64,000 nt of DNA. It comes from Chrysomallon squamiferum. Its lineage: Eukaryota; Animalia; Mollusca. The translations under genes were made by a program, and so were the position numbers. This document shows positions 43,373-52,869 of this stretch, piece by piece; the first letter of the stretch is position 1, and each line of letters opens with the position of its first letter. The stretch spans positions 22,408,595-22,472,594 of the forward strand of contig CM022667.1 in assembly GCA_012295275.1 (NCBI GenBank), written 5' to 3'. Under the pieces are notes generated by a model. That model was not told the DNA's origin, did no database searches, and was given only the letters and a program-made list of their open reading frames with translations.

Positions 43373-43996
43373 ATTACATTTAGTAATTTAGTGTGTGTGT
43401 GTGTAATGGCAATTATATAATACAAATAAAATTAATATGATTCTTCAATTAACATTTTACTGTTATTTTTAGTGAAAGTGTTATGTTAAATGTTGTGTAA
43501 ATATTTGTTTCTGCAGGTTGATAACCCAGATTTCCACGTTGACAAAACAATCACAGCTGCACCTGGTTCAGGCACTGAACCGTCTGTAGAAGTTACATTT
43601 GAACCATCAAGAATTGGTGAACATCGTGGTATGCTAATGGTGAGCTCACCCATTGGAGGAGAATACACCTTCCCATTATTTGGAACCTGCTCACCTCCTA
43701 AACCTCAGGGGCCTTTCATTGTCAAAGCTGGATTCACTACTCCAATCACTTTCCGCAATATTTTTTCAAGTACAACACCCTTCACTTTCCAGGTAGATAA
43801 TCCTCTGTTTCATTTAACCAAACAGGGTGAGTCTATTCGCTCACATAAAGATCACAGAATTGTTGTAGGATTTGATGGCAATGACAGTGGAACAAAGGCA
43901 GCTGTAATGGGCAAACTAATAGTTACATGTGCCAGATCTGCTGGAGGTAATACTAATGTTCAGTGGGTATATTACCTTAAAGGTGTCACACCATAG
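18..43996 (+). CDS. HYDIN: HYDIN (hydrocephalus-inducing protein homologue, axonemal central pair), 3' part, 60 coding exons; 5' end lies before the window
   Basis: Exons joined by hand using splice signals and reading frame: 18-194, 582-791, 1670-1807, 2417-2674, 3249-3439, 3660-3933, 4351-4545, 4876-5022, 5543-5782, 6154-6256, 6801-6899, 7158-7310, 7742-7903, 8248-8493, 8809-8951, 9369-9509, 9937-10120, 10734-10875, 11097-11177, 11502-11738, 12517-12803, 13070-13152, 13435-13602, 13873-14024, 14989-15246, 15593-15637, 18560-18742, 19950-20069, 20404-20736, 21029-21230, 21516-21615, 21813-21912, 22442-22693, 23326-23496, 24722-24811, 25452-25593, 25990-26421, 27575-27808, 28538-28634, 29068-29334, 30350-30624, 31096-31175, 31420-31635, 32041-32307, 34080-34304, 34724-34862, 35069-35382, 36104-36311, 36669-36890, 37431-37600, 37987-38185, 38502-38771, 39263-39432, 39723-39858, 40137-40436, 41426-41589, 41870-42020, 42370-42600, 42876-43100, 43517-43996. 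Repeated ASH/Ig-like segments (N-x-G/S, F-x-V-x-P-x-x-G-x-L-x-P-G), a P-loop ([12 protein letters not shown]), a K/E-rich coiled coil and C-terminus [10 protein letters not shown] match vertebrate HYDIN as I recall it. Individual boundaries may be off by a few nt. Confidence 0.96.
831..904. repeat. (CA)n microsatellite
   Basis: Directly visible CA run 40 nt after the 791/792 donor. Confidence 0.95.
1219..1420. repeat. Diverged tandem duplication, period 106 bp, in HYDIN intron
   Basis: tactcactattagatgtggctt...ttcactgtaagaaacacaca (1219-) aligns to tactcactgttagatgtggctt...ttcactgtaggaaacacaca (1325-). Confidence 0.85.
7971..8130. repeat. Compound (TAT)n/(TAG)n microsatellite
   Basis: Directly visible trinucleotide runs. 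Confidence 0.9.
9687..9834 (+). repeat. Dispersed ~145-bp repeat, copy 1 (copy 2 at 33629-33767)
   Basis: Shared blocks gagtaatttaac, cagataat.catgtta, tgtataatttactttaatataa and aacctgataaaatgtacagatattgtgtttt in both copies, same orientation. Confidence 0.85.
9844..9903. repeat. (CA)12-GA-(TG)17 inverted microsatellite
   Basis: Directly visible; ends 33 nt before the 9936/9937 acceptor. Confidence 0.95.
14670..14966. repeat. Compound (GT)n/(TA)n/(TACA)n/(CA)n low-complexity tract
   Basis: Alternating purine-pyrimidine tract starting with a GT run and ending with a CA run just upstream of exon 14989. Confidence 0.9.
16130..16143. promoter_or_regulatory. Perfect palindromic RFX X-box (GTTGCCATGGCAAC)
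   Basis: Exact 14-bp palindrome matching the RFX consensus, inside a motile-cilia gene. Motif is seen; function is inferred. Confidence 0.6.
22314..22375. repeat. (TAA)n microsatellite
   Basis: Directly visible. Confidence 0.95.
22844..22920. repeat. (TG)n microsatellite
   Basis: Directly visible. Confidence 0.95.
26703..27434 (+). mobile_element. Non-autonomous Tigger/pogo-type DNA transposon, copy 1 (HYDIN intron)
   Basis: TIRs (t)agtggtaccttgacttatgag ... ctcataaatcaaggtaccactg followed by TA; frameshifted N-terminal CENP-B-type HTH remnant ([26 protein letters not shown]...TMCTILKQ) typical of Tigger/TIGD1 transposases; homologous copy at about 52870-53543. Confidence 0.88.
29421..30212 (+). 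mobile_element. Old internally deleted pogo-like (HTH_psq type) DNA transposon
   Basis: Imperfect terminal inverted repeats GGGGATATTGGGACTGA (29421) and TCAGTCCCCAGTTTCCCC (30195-30212); internal remnant from 29814 reads [21 protein letters not shown], resembling the MPRxYxRKTxRG start of psq-type pogo transposases. Confidence 0.5.
33629..33767 (+). repeat. Dispersed ~145-bp repeat, copy 2
   Basis: Aligns by eye to 9687-9834. Confidence 0.85.
37271..37415. repeat. 43-bp minisatellite, about 3.3 copies
   Basis: Unit atttatgaaatgtattgctagtcatatgtatgtaatatacttt starting at 37271, 37314, 37357 and partially 37400. Confidence 0.95.
40676..41245. mobile_element. MITE, Tc1/mariner superfamily (Tc2-like CCGTAT termini), 570 bp, copy 1 (HYDIN intron)
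   Basis: TA|CCGTATATACTTGTGTATAA ... TTGTACACAAGTATATACGG|TA: TIRs with TA target duplication; subterminal TCGACTTATAC repeats; near-identical copy at 50066-50859. Confidence 0.93.
43288..43389. repeat. Fold-back inverted repeat (unique arms plus CA/GT runs) in last HYDIN intron
   Basis: AAATTACTAAATGCAATTAACACACAC... is the reverse complement of ...GTGTGTGTTAATTACATTTAGTAATTT with one mismatch. Confidence 0.9.
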
Positions 43997-46814
43997 ACAA
44001 ATACAGAAACTTTGACATGGACTCTATATTGCAAATACTGGCTCCAGTTATTTAAGAACTCCTTGAATAATCAATAATTAAACTTCTATTCTGGTTTAAT
44101 ATTATTTTTTTAAATAATTTTTGTTTTAATGTAACCACAATTCTCGATTTTAGTTATTTTTAAAGATAACTTCTGTTTTAATGGCCTCTCCTTTTTTTAA
44201 GTTGGCTCCTATTTTTACACTTTTATTTCTATTTGCTCTATGAAATTTAATTATAAAATAACCATACAAAAAGTTTCCACTCTTATTATATTCTGAATCA
44301 TGTAATATATGGATTATGATTGAAAGAAAATTATTTCAATCTAAATCTGGATAAAATAAATATCTCTATATGTACCGAACAGATAACATTAACATTTAAT
44401 TAATGTAATTTATTATTAGTAGTAGTTCTATATATATTTTTTTATATATATAACAACATATTTTGTCTTGCAAGTAGATGTGACAAACATATAAAAACTT
44501 TCATATGAATAGTTATTTTTGAAAAGTTCGCGGCATATTTTTCATACCTTACATAAATAAATATTTATTTAAATTATAAATGTTTTAATAGATGGATTCA
44601 GCCTAAAAATAAAAACAATTATATAGCAATAAAAAAAAAAATTGGAGCAAATTATAATACATATAAATCCAAATTAGTTTAAAAAAATAAAGTAAAACGT
44701 GTTTTTGTAGTGGCAAAAGAAAATTTGTTTTTAAAAAAAGGAAAATAATGGCATGAGTACAAAATGTTGAAATTCTGAACTCTGTTCTGTTGACACAATG
44801 AAACAGAAATGTTTAATCAACTGTCATTAAACAGAATAGTTTTATCAACCAGTCATTCCATTCATAAAGAAAATGTTTTATTTTCTTGCAATTTTATTAT
44901 TATTATTTATTAATGATTTGTATATGTGATCTATGTACAGAATATGATTAATCTAGACAATGTCTAAATTTTGTATCATATAATAAATATTGCACAGACA
45001 AACAAAGTCTTGATATGTTATATTTGTACCATACAGTAAACCAGTACTACCCTGAATGGCCAATTATAAGGATGAAAAAACAATTAATTTGTAGTTTTTA
45101 AAATGTGTCATTCAAGATACAATGTAAATTAAAATTCTTTCCAGTCTTATTGAGTGACTGGAAAGAAACGGGTAATAAGAACATTAGAGTCAATAGGGAG
45201 GTTTCAGAAAAAGTATGTTGTCCTTTTTTTAGTTGATAATAAAATAAAATTCAAATTGTAACAAGTAAAGGTGTAATTATTTAAAATGTACTTTTATTCA
45301 AAATCTAATAATAAATTTTACTCTAATTAATATTTTATTTGATATTATAAATCATTTCTTGTCACTATAACATATCAATTTACCTCCAGTGTATACAAGT
45401 TTGAACATTTTGGAAATAAACCATTAGACAATTTTTTGATTGTGCTGAAGGCAGATATATCATTCTTATTTGTGCTATATTATTACCCCTTTCAGAAGTG
45501 TATTAAAAAAAAGTTTAAAAGAAATTTGCTTAATTGGAGATGATAATTACTCTAAGCAAAAAATAAAAATTATTCATACTATATAAAATTAAATTACACT
45601 AATTTATTTTTAAATCTTAAGCACTGCTAAGAAAACATTTAGTAGTAAGCCTCAGTTAAAATAGTATTTGTGCTCTATTATTCAAATACTTAAAATTAAG
45701 AATTAACTTTTTTATTTAATTTTATCTTAAACAGACAACTCTGGATAATTATCATTGTTTTGATTTATCATAAGAATTATCACTTGTTTAAATACAGAAT
45801 ATGAACTGAACAAAATTTATCCACAAGTTTTATAACTTCTCTTATATTGTTTGGGATTTTTTAATTAAACAATTTTGGGGAATTTATCTATCTGTAAATA
45901 ATATATTATATAATCCTTTCTACACCACTGAGCAAGAATAAATTATAACAATGTGTTATTAAAATAAATTTAGTATTAATTGTCATCATCATGCATTTAC
46001 ATGTGTGTGATCTTAACAGTCCATCTGCTCAACAATGACTGTAAGAAAAATGATGTTTTAATAATATATTACATAATATCAAGTATCATTTCCAATATTA
46101 AAAACATGTTAAAAATAATATAACCTGTAAGAATTTTCTGTTCTATTAAAACAGATTATGAACAAAATGTGACAAATATACATATTTATGAGGTTGAAAA
46201 TTTGTTGTTTCTGTTAAGATACTTTTGAATTACTAAGCATGGTTATCAAGAAAATTAGAATGTTACTTCAGTTAATTTCACAACAGAAATAAACGAATGT
46301 TTTAAACCTTCAACACATTTTATTAGGAACAAGTATTAACCCCAGTATGACCAGTCCATGAGCCATACATCAATCTGCAGGAACAAATATTTTATAAGCA
46401 CTTTAGGTAGCAGGCCTTTAACATTTATTGGGCACAAGCTAAATGGAAAAATTGATATAAGATTAGTAATCCTGTAATCTATTATGGTCTAACCACTCTG
46501 CTCCAAGTTTATTTAGCAAATAATTTTAGGGAAACAAGTATACTTTTCAACTGTTTGGTTAAGATATTTTCAGACAAATGGTAGATCAAAAATTATTGTG
46601 AGATTTATTTATAAGCTAATATCTGGCTATAAGTCAGCTTTTATATATTTGCAGTATAAAGATACATATAAACAATAGCATATCACAAAATTAGGAAGGT
46701 TAAATAAAATCATAAAAAATCACTTTAATGTACAGTTCAGATTTCGTTTTATGTTTATCCTCCATCTTTGTTTTCAAAACTTTATTCTACAATTTCTCAC
46801 ATCTGTGGGTTGTT

Positions 46815-49800
46815 CTATATGAACATTTTTTTTGACAATACTAGTTCCTTTTTTGATTCGTGTGATGTTGACAGATTTAATTTAGACTTCTTAGTGTCAT
46901 TTTCTTTCTTTGTGGGTTTAGTAAATACAATCTTCCCCTTTCTAACTGTTGTAGATTCATCTTTAAAAAACATATGTGAAAAATAAAAATAACATCGGAA
47001 GATTATTTGTTAGCATCTTCATCAAGAATTATTTTAAAGTGTGTTTGTATGTGTGTGTGTAAAACCAAAATAATTAATATGAAATAACTTATGTAATATA
47101 GAATAAAAACAAAAATTATGTTTTTTCTCTTTTCTTAATCACAGTTCAAGTTCACAAACAATATTTGTTAACTAGAGTTTGTCTGCCTTCCTAATATTTT
47201 CTTTTTAAGTGTTGAATATTGAATTGTCATGCAAGTAAATCCTAAATGGTTATATTTTTTTTACTTCCTGTTTATTATGCACTCTAAATTTAACGTTATT
47301 ATAGCTTTATGATAGTAATTTTCTTTCACTGTTTAATGCATACAACAAAGTACACCCAAATGTCGACATTTACATACCACCAGCTTTCTTATTTTTGTCC
47401 AGTTTTTCCACTTCCTCTGCTGTTAAATCACCCTCTTTTAATACAACTATCTCTGGTTTATCATCATCATCATCATCATCTTCATCATTAATCTCCAGTC
47501 GTTGTCGCTGAAGTATTAAAGAAACACTGTTAGAAAAGTATTATGTAATCAAGGCTTATAACCAAACAAAAAATTTCAAAAACTGGTGTTCCTTTAAAAT
47601 TTTGCTTGTTCTACAAACCTTAAATGCAGAATTTTTTTTTATAACTGTACTTAGAACTATGAGGGAACAAATTAAACATGGTATATTCATGCAAAATGTT
47701 TTATAAATTAGATTAAATTGGTGCACCATTAAGATTAACTTATTCATAAGTCTTATTATTTGGATGTGGATTATTTAATACATTTAAATAAATATTAATA
47801 TCTGAATTAGTTAAATTCTTATATCATAGAAAAAATATAAAATACCTGAATTTATATTAAAAAAAATAATAATAAAATAAAAAAATGTAAAAATATAAAA
47901 AAACACAAAAATAAAATAAAATAAAATAAAAACTGAAATTATATTTTAACAATATTATTAGTAAATATCAAATAATTTGTATTAGCTCTAAAGTCTAATC
48001 TGTCTGTTTTTTGCAGGAAACTGTTATTTATATTGTCAGATTAAAAAACAACAAAAAGAAGAGAACACACTTGTTTAGTGTCCCTGGCCAATGTGAGAAA
48101 TGCTCCTTTTTTTATTATTGTTTTTGAAAAACTCGCCAAATAAAATTTTAAAACTCTCAAAATAATGTTTTCTAACCTGCAATAGTAATTGTGCATTCAT
48201 TGATAAACTTCCTACTGAAGACAGTGCTTCTATCTGGCAAACGATGTACCACCAGTTACAGCCTGTGAAGTTGACAACTTCTATAAATGATCTTAAAATT
48301 TTGTCTACTTAGCGGGACAAGATGAAATTTACCAGTGAGGATCTGTCAATGTCCCGAGACTCTTTAATTGCTGTTTTACCTGGTTGACGGTGTGTGCAGT
48401 CAAAAGGTAATGAGATGATACTGTACAGGAGCTATCATTACTACTACTGCTATTTCTACAATTCAATTTCTGTTCAGTTTATTTATTTGCCAAAGTCAGC
48501 ATGACTATAAACACAAGACGGACAAGAATACAGTTATAAAACAGAAACAGTGGTGTAATACGTTACAGTATACAAACACAGGAATAAAAAAAATTAAATA
48601 TAAGAATTTAGATAATAAAAATATTAACATATAGTTGTTTTATATATATGTAGTTACAAATTAAATTACATATTTATCAAGATTCCTTAAAGGCTTTTTG
48701 AAGACAAAAAATTGATTACGTTAAAAGTAGATGGTCTTGTATACAAATATTTCTTTAAATACGATTATAAAATAAACATTTTGATGCAAAATGGAATTCA
48801 TCTTCAATGCCTCCACTGTCTCACACACACTATGGGTATTACAGTACTAATAAATAAATAAATACATAAATGTTCCATCTGATAATACAACATCAGCATC
48901 ATGCAACAACTCAAAATTTTTGTCAGATGTGAAGATCAGTATTAGGTCTCTTCCTTCAAATGTGTTTAGAAAAGGATCTCCCCTGGTGCGGGTCCTCTTT
49001 CCTTCTAAATTGATATCCTGTCTTATCTGGAGTAGTCAGGGTAGGGTTTTGTGTCACTGTTGGTATAGTATTGTCTTAATGGCACCAAAACGTGGAATCT
49101 CGGCTAACAATCCATTAGGAACAAAGTCGTGATTTTTCCTGAGATTGGAAATCTCATCGGCATAAATCTTAGGAAGTGGTGTTGTTTCCATTTTAGCTTG
49201 GTCCATGACTTTTGCCTTAAACGCATAAACATGCTTAATAAATGGCATCACCACGTGGTTGTGCTGTAGCTGGTCTGCCATCTGGAGCATGTTGACCACA
49301 GTCACAACATAGGCTCTGCATTGCGACATAGCACACCTCCAGTAAATTTTCTCTCCACACATTCTATTTTTGCGAAATTTGTGCTGGTTGTAATACAAAT
49401 GTCTGCCAATTAATGTGTCCATAAAAGTCACTCTAATGTGTACAGGTGCCATAATGTTAAATGTGAAATAGTTTTTCATTTTGATATAAAACTTTATATA
49501 GATTAAACCGGGAAAAGAACCAATGTACAAGTGCCTGCTCAGTATATGAGAAAGATAAATTTACTACTCAAAACAGTAAATTGGTTGAGCATAATACGAG
49601 CAAATAAGCAATAAATAAAAACACTAAAGTACCTACTCCGTTAATGGAAGCCTAATTACAAATTCTACCCAGGACAGTAATCACATTCTACTTCAGGGTT
49701 CTCCTCTCGTTGTTAACAAAGCAGGTATATCGTAACTGCAGCACAGAACTTACAAACAATTTGAAATCTCTACGTCCCACTACTAAACAAAATAGATTTG

Positions 49801-50983
49801 TTGACTTCCCGAGCTGACACCGTACCACCTGTGCCTGTGTATTATATCAATGCCATTTATGTTCTGATCAACCATTTTCAGGCTTTGTCATTTAAAAAAA
49901 ACAAAGGTTTAAACATCTTTCATCAGATGGAAAACGATTATTTGTGATATCCTTGCAACCAAGGAAGACTGCATGTGCGCCAATTAAAGTTTTGTTTGAA
50001 TGTATGCCATTTACATATAAAATAACAATGAAAAATAATAATTCTTAAAAATTAACAATCAATTACCGTATATACTTGTGTATAAGTCGAATTTTTGGGA
50101 GACTATATTAAGGTAATATTTTGGGGGTCGACTTATACATAGGTAATGCTTTTGTAGCTGTTGCCGAAGAGTCGCCATTTTGACTACTTTTTTGCTACGG
50201 GATGCATCTAAAATAATCGCGGTCTTTCAGCTTTTCAAAAATATAATTTTATCGTATAAAAAATTTAGAAAAATTAAATAACAAAACCAAATATGAAGGT
50301 AAAACATTATATTCTTCCGTTTAATGACATAAAAATACATTTTAAAGCGAGAAAACCGTCAGTACGGCGTTATGCCTTACGGCGTCTTGCAATGATCTAG
50401 GAATGCAGACTTCTCTGCCAAATTGCACTAAATATCGGTCCTAATTTCATAAACAAAACTCACTTGTTTAATTGTAAAGAATTTGGTGAAATAATATTAC
50501 AATCGTCATTAATATCCACTACCGACAAATTTTGTAAATCATAGAACGGCTAAATATAACGGTAAGTTAGGTCTCCATGTTAGACCTATTACATTAAAGA
50601 GATACTATTTATGATACATTTAGGCTATAGCTCGTGTAATACATGCATTTACGGTATTATGGTATGTTCGTGCAAGTTATGTTACAGTAGGCGTACAATG
50701 TAGGCCTTCATGGCACTGTCACACTGGTCTAAAAATAGTGACGGTGCCTGGAATCTACAGTCGACTTATACACAAGTAATACCTAAAATGACGCAATTTT
50801 TGGTCTTAAAATACACATCGACTTATACATAAGGTCGCCTTGTACACAAGTATATACGGTATTGATGCAACTTTGGCATGTAGTCTAATGTGATCTTTGC
50901 GCTTATTTTAATTATTATTTTGTTTATTCTTGTGTTTTTTCATTATTATTTTTCACGGCATAAATGAAACCAATTTACCTTCT

Positions 50984-51035
<52 letters not shown>

Positions 51036-51387
51036 AATTTATAGGAACAAGGGCTAAAAAGTACACAAATTTGAATAATTGTGCGAACATCTGCACCTAT
51101 ATAATCAATTGTCTTGGTTAATTACATTTAGTCATTACCAGAGGTGACAATATCCCTGATAATGTCTGCTAGTTGTATAGCATGCCAAACAAACAATTGG
51201 CATCTGATTTAGCACCACCTAGAACACAACAGTCATAGTTAATATGCTTAATATTACAAGTTAATACCTTGGTATTAACAACAGGCCCTTCATTACATCC
51301 GATTCTTTCTTTAAATTGACGAATAAAGGCTGGCTCCTCATTCTGAACATACTGAATGCTATGTTTTCCCCCTCCTCGACCAGGCAT
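46815..51387 (-). CDS. KIAA1143: KIAA1143 homologue (uncharacterised conserved protein), 3 exons, 131 aa
   Basis: Exons 51387-51268 (MPGRGGGKHSIQYVQNEEPAFIRQFKERIGCNEGPVVNTK), 47507-47378 (RQRLEINDEDDDDDDDKPEIVVLKEGDLTAEEVEKL...), 46960-46815 (DESTTVRKGKIVFTKPTKK...MFI*); GT-AG sites and phases 0/1 are consistent; motifs EPAFxxxFKERxG, PxxVVLKxGDL and GxIxFxKP match human KIAA1143 as recalled. Confidence 0.9.
48455..48840 (-). mobile_element. 3' fragment of a non-LTR retrotransposon (LINE)
   Basis: Minus strand gives IEDEFHFASKCLFY then, frameshifted, LKKYLYTRPSTFNVINFLSSK, the C-terminal EDExHFxxxCxxY motif of LINE ORF2; ends in GCAAATAAATAAACTGAACAGAAATTGAATTG (polyA signal plus short-repeat tail). 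Clade not determinable. Confidence 0.65.
48868..49452 (-). pseudogene. FLYWCH zinc finger + MULE (Mutator-like) transposase remnant in KIAA1143 intron 1
   Basis: From ATG 49452: LYYNQHKFRKNR...YWRCAMSQCRA...HNH (FLYWCH), then in the same frame through TGA stops at 49056-49054 and 49038-49036: HKTLP*LLQIRQDINLEGKRTRTRGDPFL...LILIFTSDKNFELLHDADVVLSDGTF, the MULE region leading to the first catalytic Asp (DGTF); truncated afterwards. Confidence 0.85.
50066..50859. mobile_element. MITE, Tc2-like, 794 bp, copy 2 (KIAA1143 intron 1)
   Basis: Same TIRs and TA TSD as 40676-41245; near-identical but with an extra ~224-bp internal segment (about 50397-50620). Confidence 0.93.
50988..51031. repeat. (TA)n microsatellite
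   Basis: Directly visible. Confidence 0.95.
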
Positions 51388-51675
51388 TATTGTTTTAACT
51401 GCAACGACTGCTATACCCAAAAATCAAATTAATGAATGGCAACCAGTCTAAAAAGTAAAATAACACGCATTCACGTGACATTGTGAATGTTTTTAAAATG
51501 AATTTATTTAATTTTTTCCCTCGTGCTTTCCTTCAGATTATTATTGTTGTTATTATTATTAATTTATTAGTTTGTAAAGAAAATTCCTTAGGCAACATTG
51601 TCAAAAAGTGGGAAAGGCAATCGTGAAACACTGAAAACTATATCTTGCAGTAGTTCTGTATTTCGTTTTTCATGT

Positions 51676-51679
51676 AAAA
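51676..51679 (-). terminator. First T4 run downstream of tRNA-Sec (candidate Pol III terminator)
   Basis: CTTTTA on the minus strand, about 33 nt past the tRNA 3' end. Confidence 0.5.
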
Positions 51680-51711
51680 GAGTTTATTTTAACTGACTTT
51701 CTTCATTTCGT

Positions 51712-51798
51712 CGCCCGGAAGGTGGAATTGAACCACTGTGACGTCAATCACCTACAGGTTTGAAGCCTGCACCCCAGACCACTGAAGATCATCCGGGC
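51712..51798 (-). tRNA. tRNA-SeC-TCA: Selenocysteine tRNA, tRNA-Sec(UCA), 87 nt
   Basis: Reverse complement GCCCGGATGATCTTCAGTGGTCTGGGGTGCAGGCTTCAAACCTGTAGGTGATTGACGTCACAGTGGTTCAATTCCACCTTCCGGGCG: 9-bp acceptor/4-bp T stem, 6-bp D stem with 4-nt loop, anticodon TCA, long variable arm (GTGAT-TGAC-GTCAC pairs although it differs from the vertebrate arm), discriminator G. Confidence 0.98.
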
Positions 51799-51812
51799 AT
51801 CTTATTGTCTGT

Positions 51813-51874
51813 TGACGTCATTTATATAGTTCGATATTTTTCTTTATGAAATAAATGGTTTGTCTAATTTGCAT
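51813..51874 (-). promoter_or_regulatory. Upstream promoter elements of tRNA-Sec: TATA box, CRE, octamer
   Basis: On the minus strand TATATAAA at 51828-51821 (-30 to -23), TGACGTCA at 51813-51820, ATGCAAAT at 51874-51867. tRNA-Sec genes are known to use upstream TATA/PSE-type Pol III promoters. Confidence 0.7.
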
Positions 51875-52869
51875 ATAATTGGTATTATGTGTTAAATTAA
51901 TTAAACGCTAAAGATAATGAAGAAAATTCGATAGAATTTTGTGAATATCTAAATAGTTTTAATTTATATTTATGAATCTTCTGCAGGTGTCATAAATCGT
52001 TCTAGTTTTACCGGCATCCTGTATCTCTGCTGGAAATGAAATACATATTTAATATTATAATTTTTTTCCCTTCGGTAATTTCCGTTTACTCATCGGAATT
52101 TCCCGAATATTGATAAAAGTAGACTTGCTCGTTTTTATTTATTTATTTATTACTTTTTATTTTTTATTTTTGCAGGTGGAACCAAACATAGAAGGTTATA
52201 ATATATAAACTAAACACTACCTTGTTTTAAATATTTAATAAGTCAACAATGAAGTATTTTTATTTTTATTTCGTATTAAAACATCCATAAATTCGCATCT
52301 ATTTATGGCGAATTAGTTTTATCAGTATACTCATGTTGGCAAATAAACGAATACAACAAACGATAATAAATAAATTTAACTAAATAATTAATTAACTAAC
52401 TGCTCCAGAAAAGCCTTGATACACATCGTGTTGACTGCATTTTCCATCAAGCTTAATATATGATTTTATTCTTAGTTACATTTCAATTATTTGAATTTCC
52501 ATTTTTTCCCTCACTATTCGAGTATTTAATGTTCGTTCGATTCTTCTTTTTGGAAGGTGTTAATACAAAAATGCATAATAATATTAATTAACTGTCTTAT
52601 TATTGTGTACACTTTAAAGCCATTTATATAATCAGATGTTAAATAACTGATTAAGAATATATCTGCTAAAATATTTCTACAAGAAACAACAACAACAATG
52701 ATTTTTATATACTAAATGTATATTTCACAAATGTGAGGCGCGAAAAATTAACTTAAACATGAATCGATAACTTATATCACAGGATCTTCTGCAAATAAGT
52801 AGTTACAGTTTTCTGTAAAACTTTGTATATTATTTTAAATGTCCGAAATCTAGGCAGTAATAAATGTAG

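Noticed and set aside
48868-49452. Selenoprotein or UGA-readthrough transposase: two in-frame TGA codons 2.3 kb from the tRNA-Sec gene
   Set aside because: The TGAs are not at Cys-like positions; at least the first falls where MULE proteins typically have Arg, so CGA-to-TGA deamination explains them. The frame is truncated after DGTF anyway, I saw no SECIS-like hairpin, and tRNAs act in trans. A SECISearch run would be the formal test.
51388-51420. N-terminal extension of KIAA1143 given by the ORF track (MGIAVVAVKTI)
   Set aside because: Starts at TTG; the first ATG is 51387 and matches the family N-terminus length.
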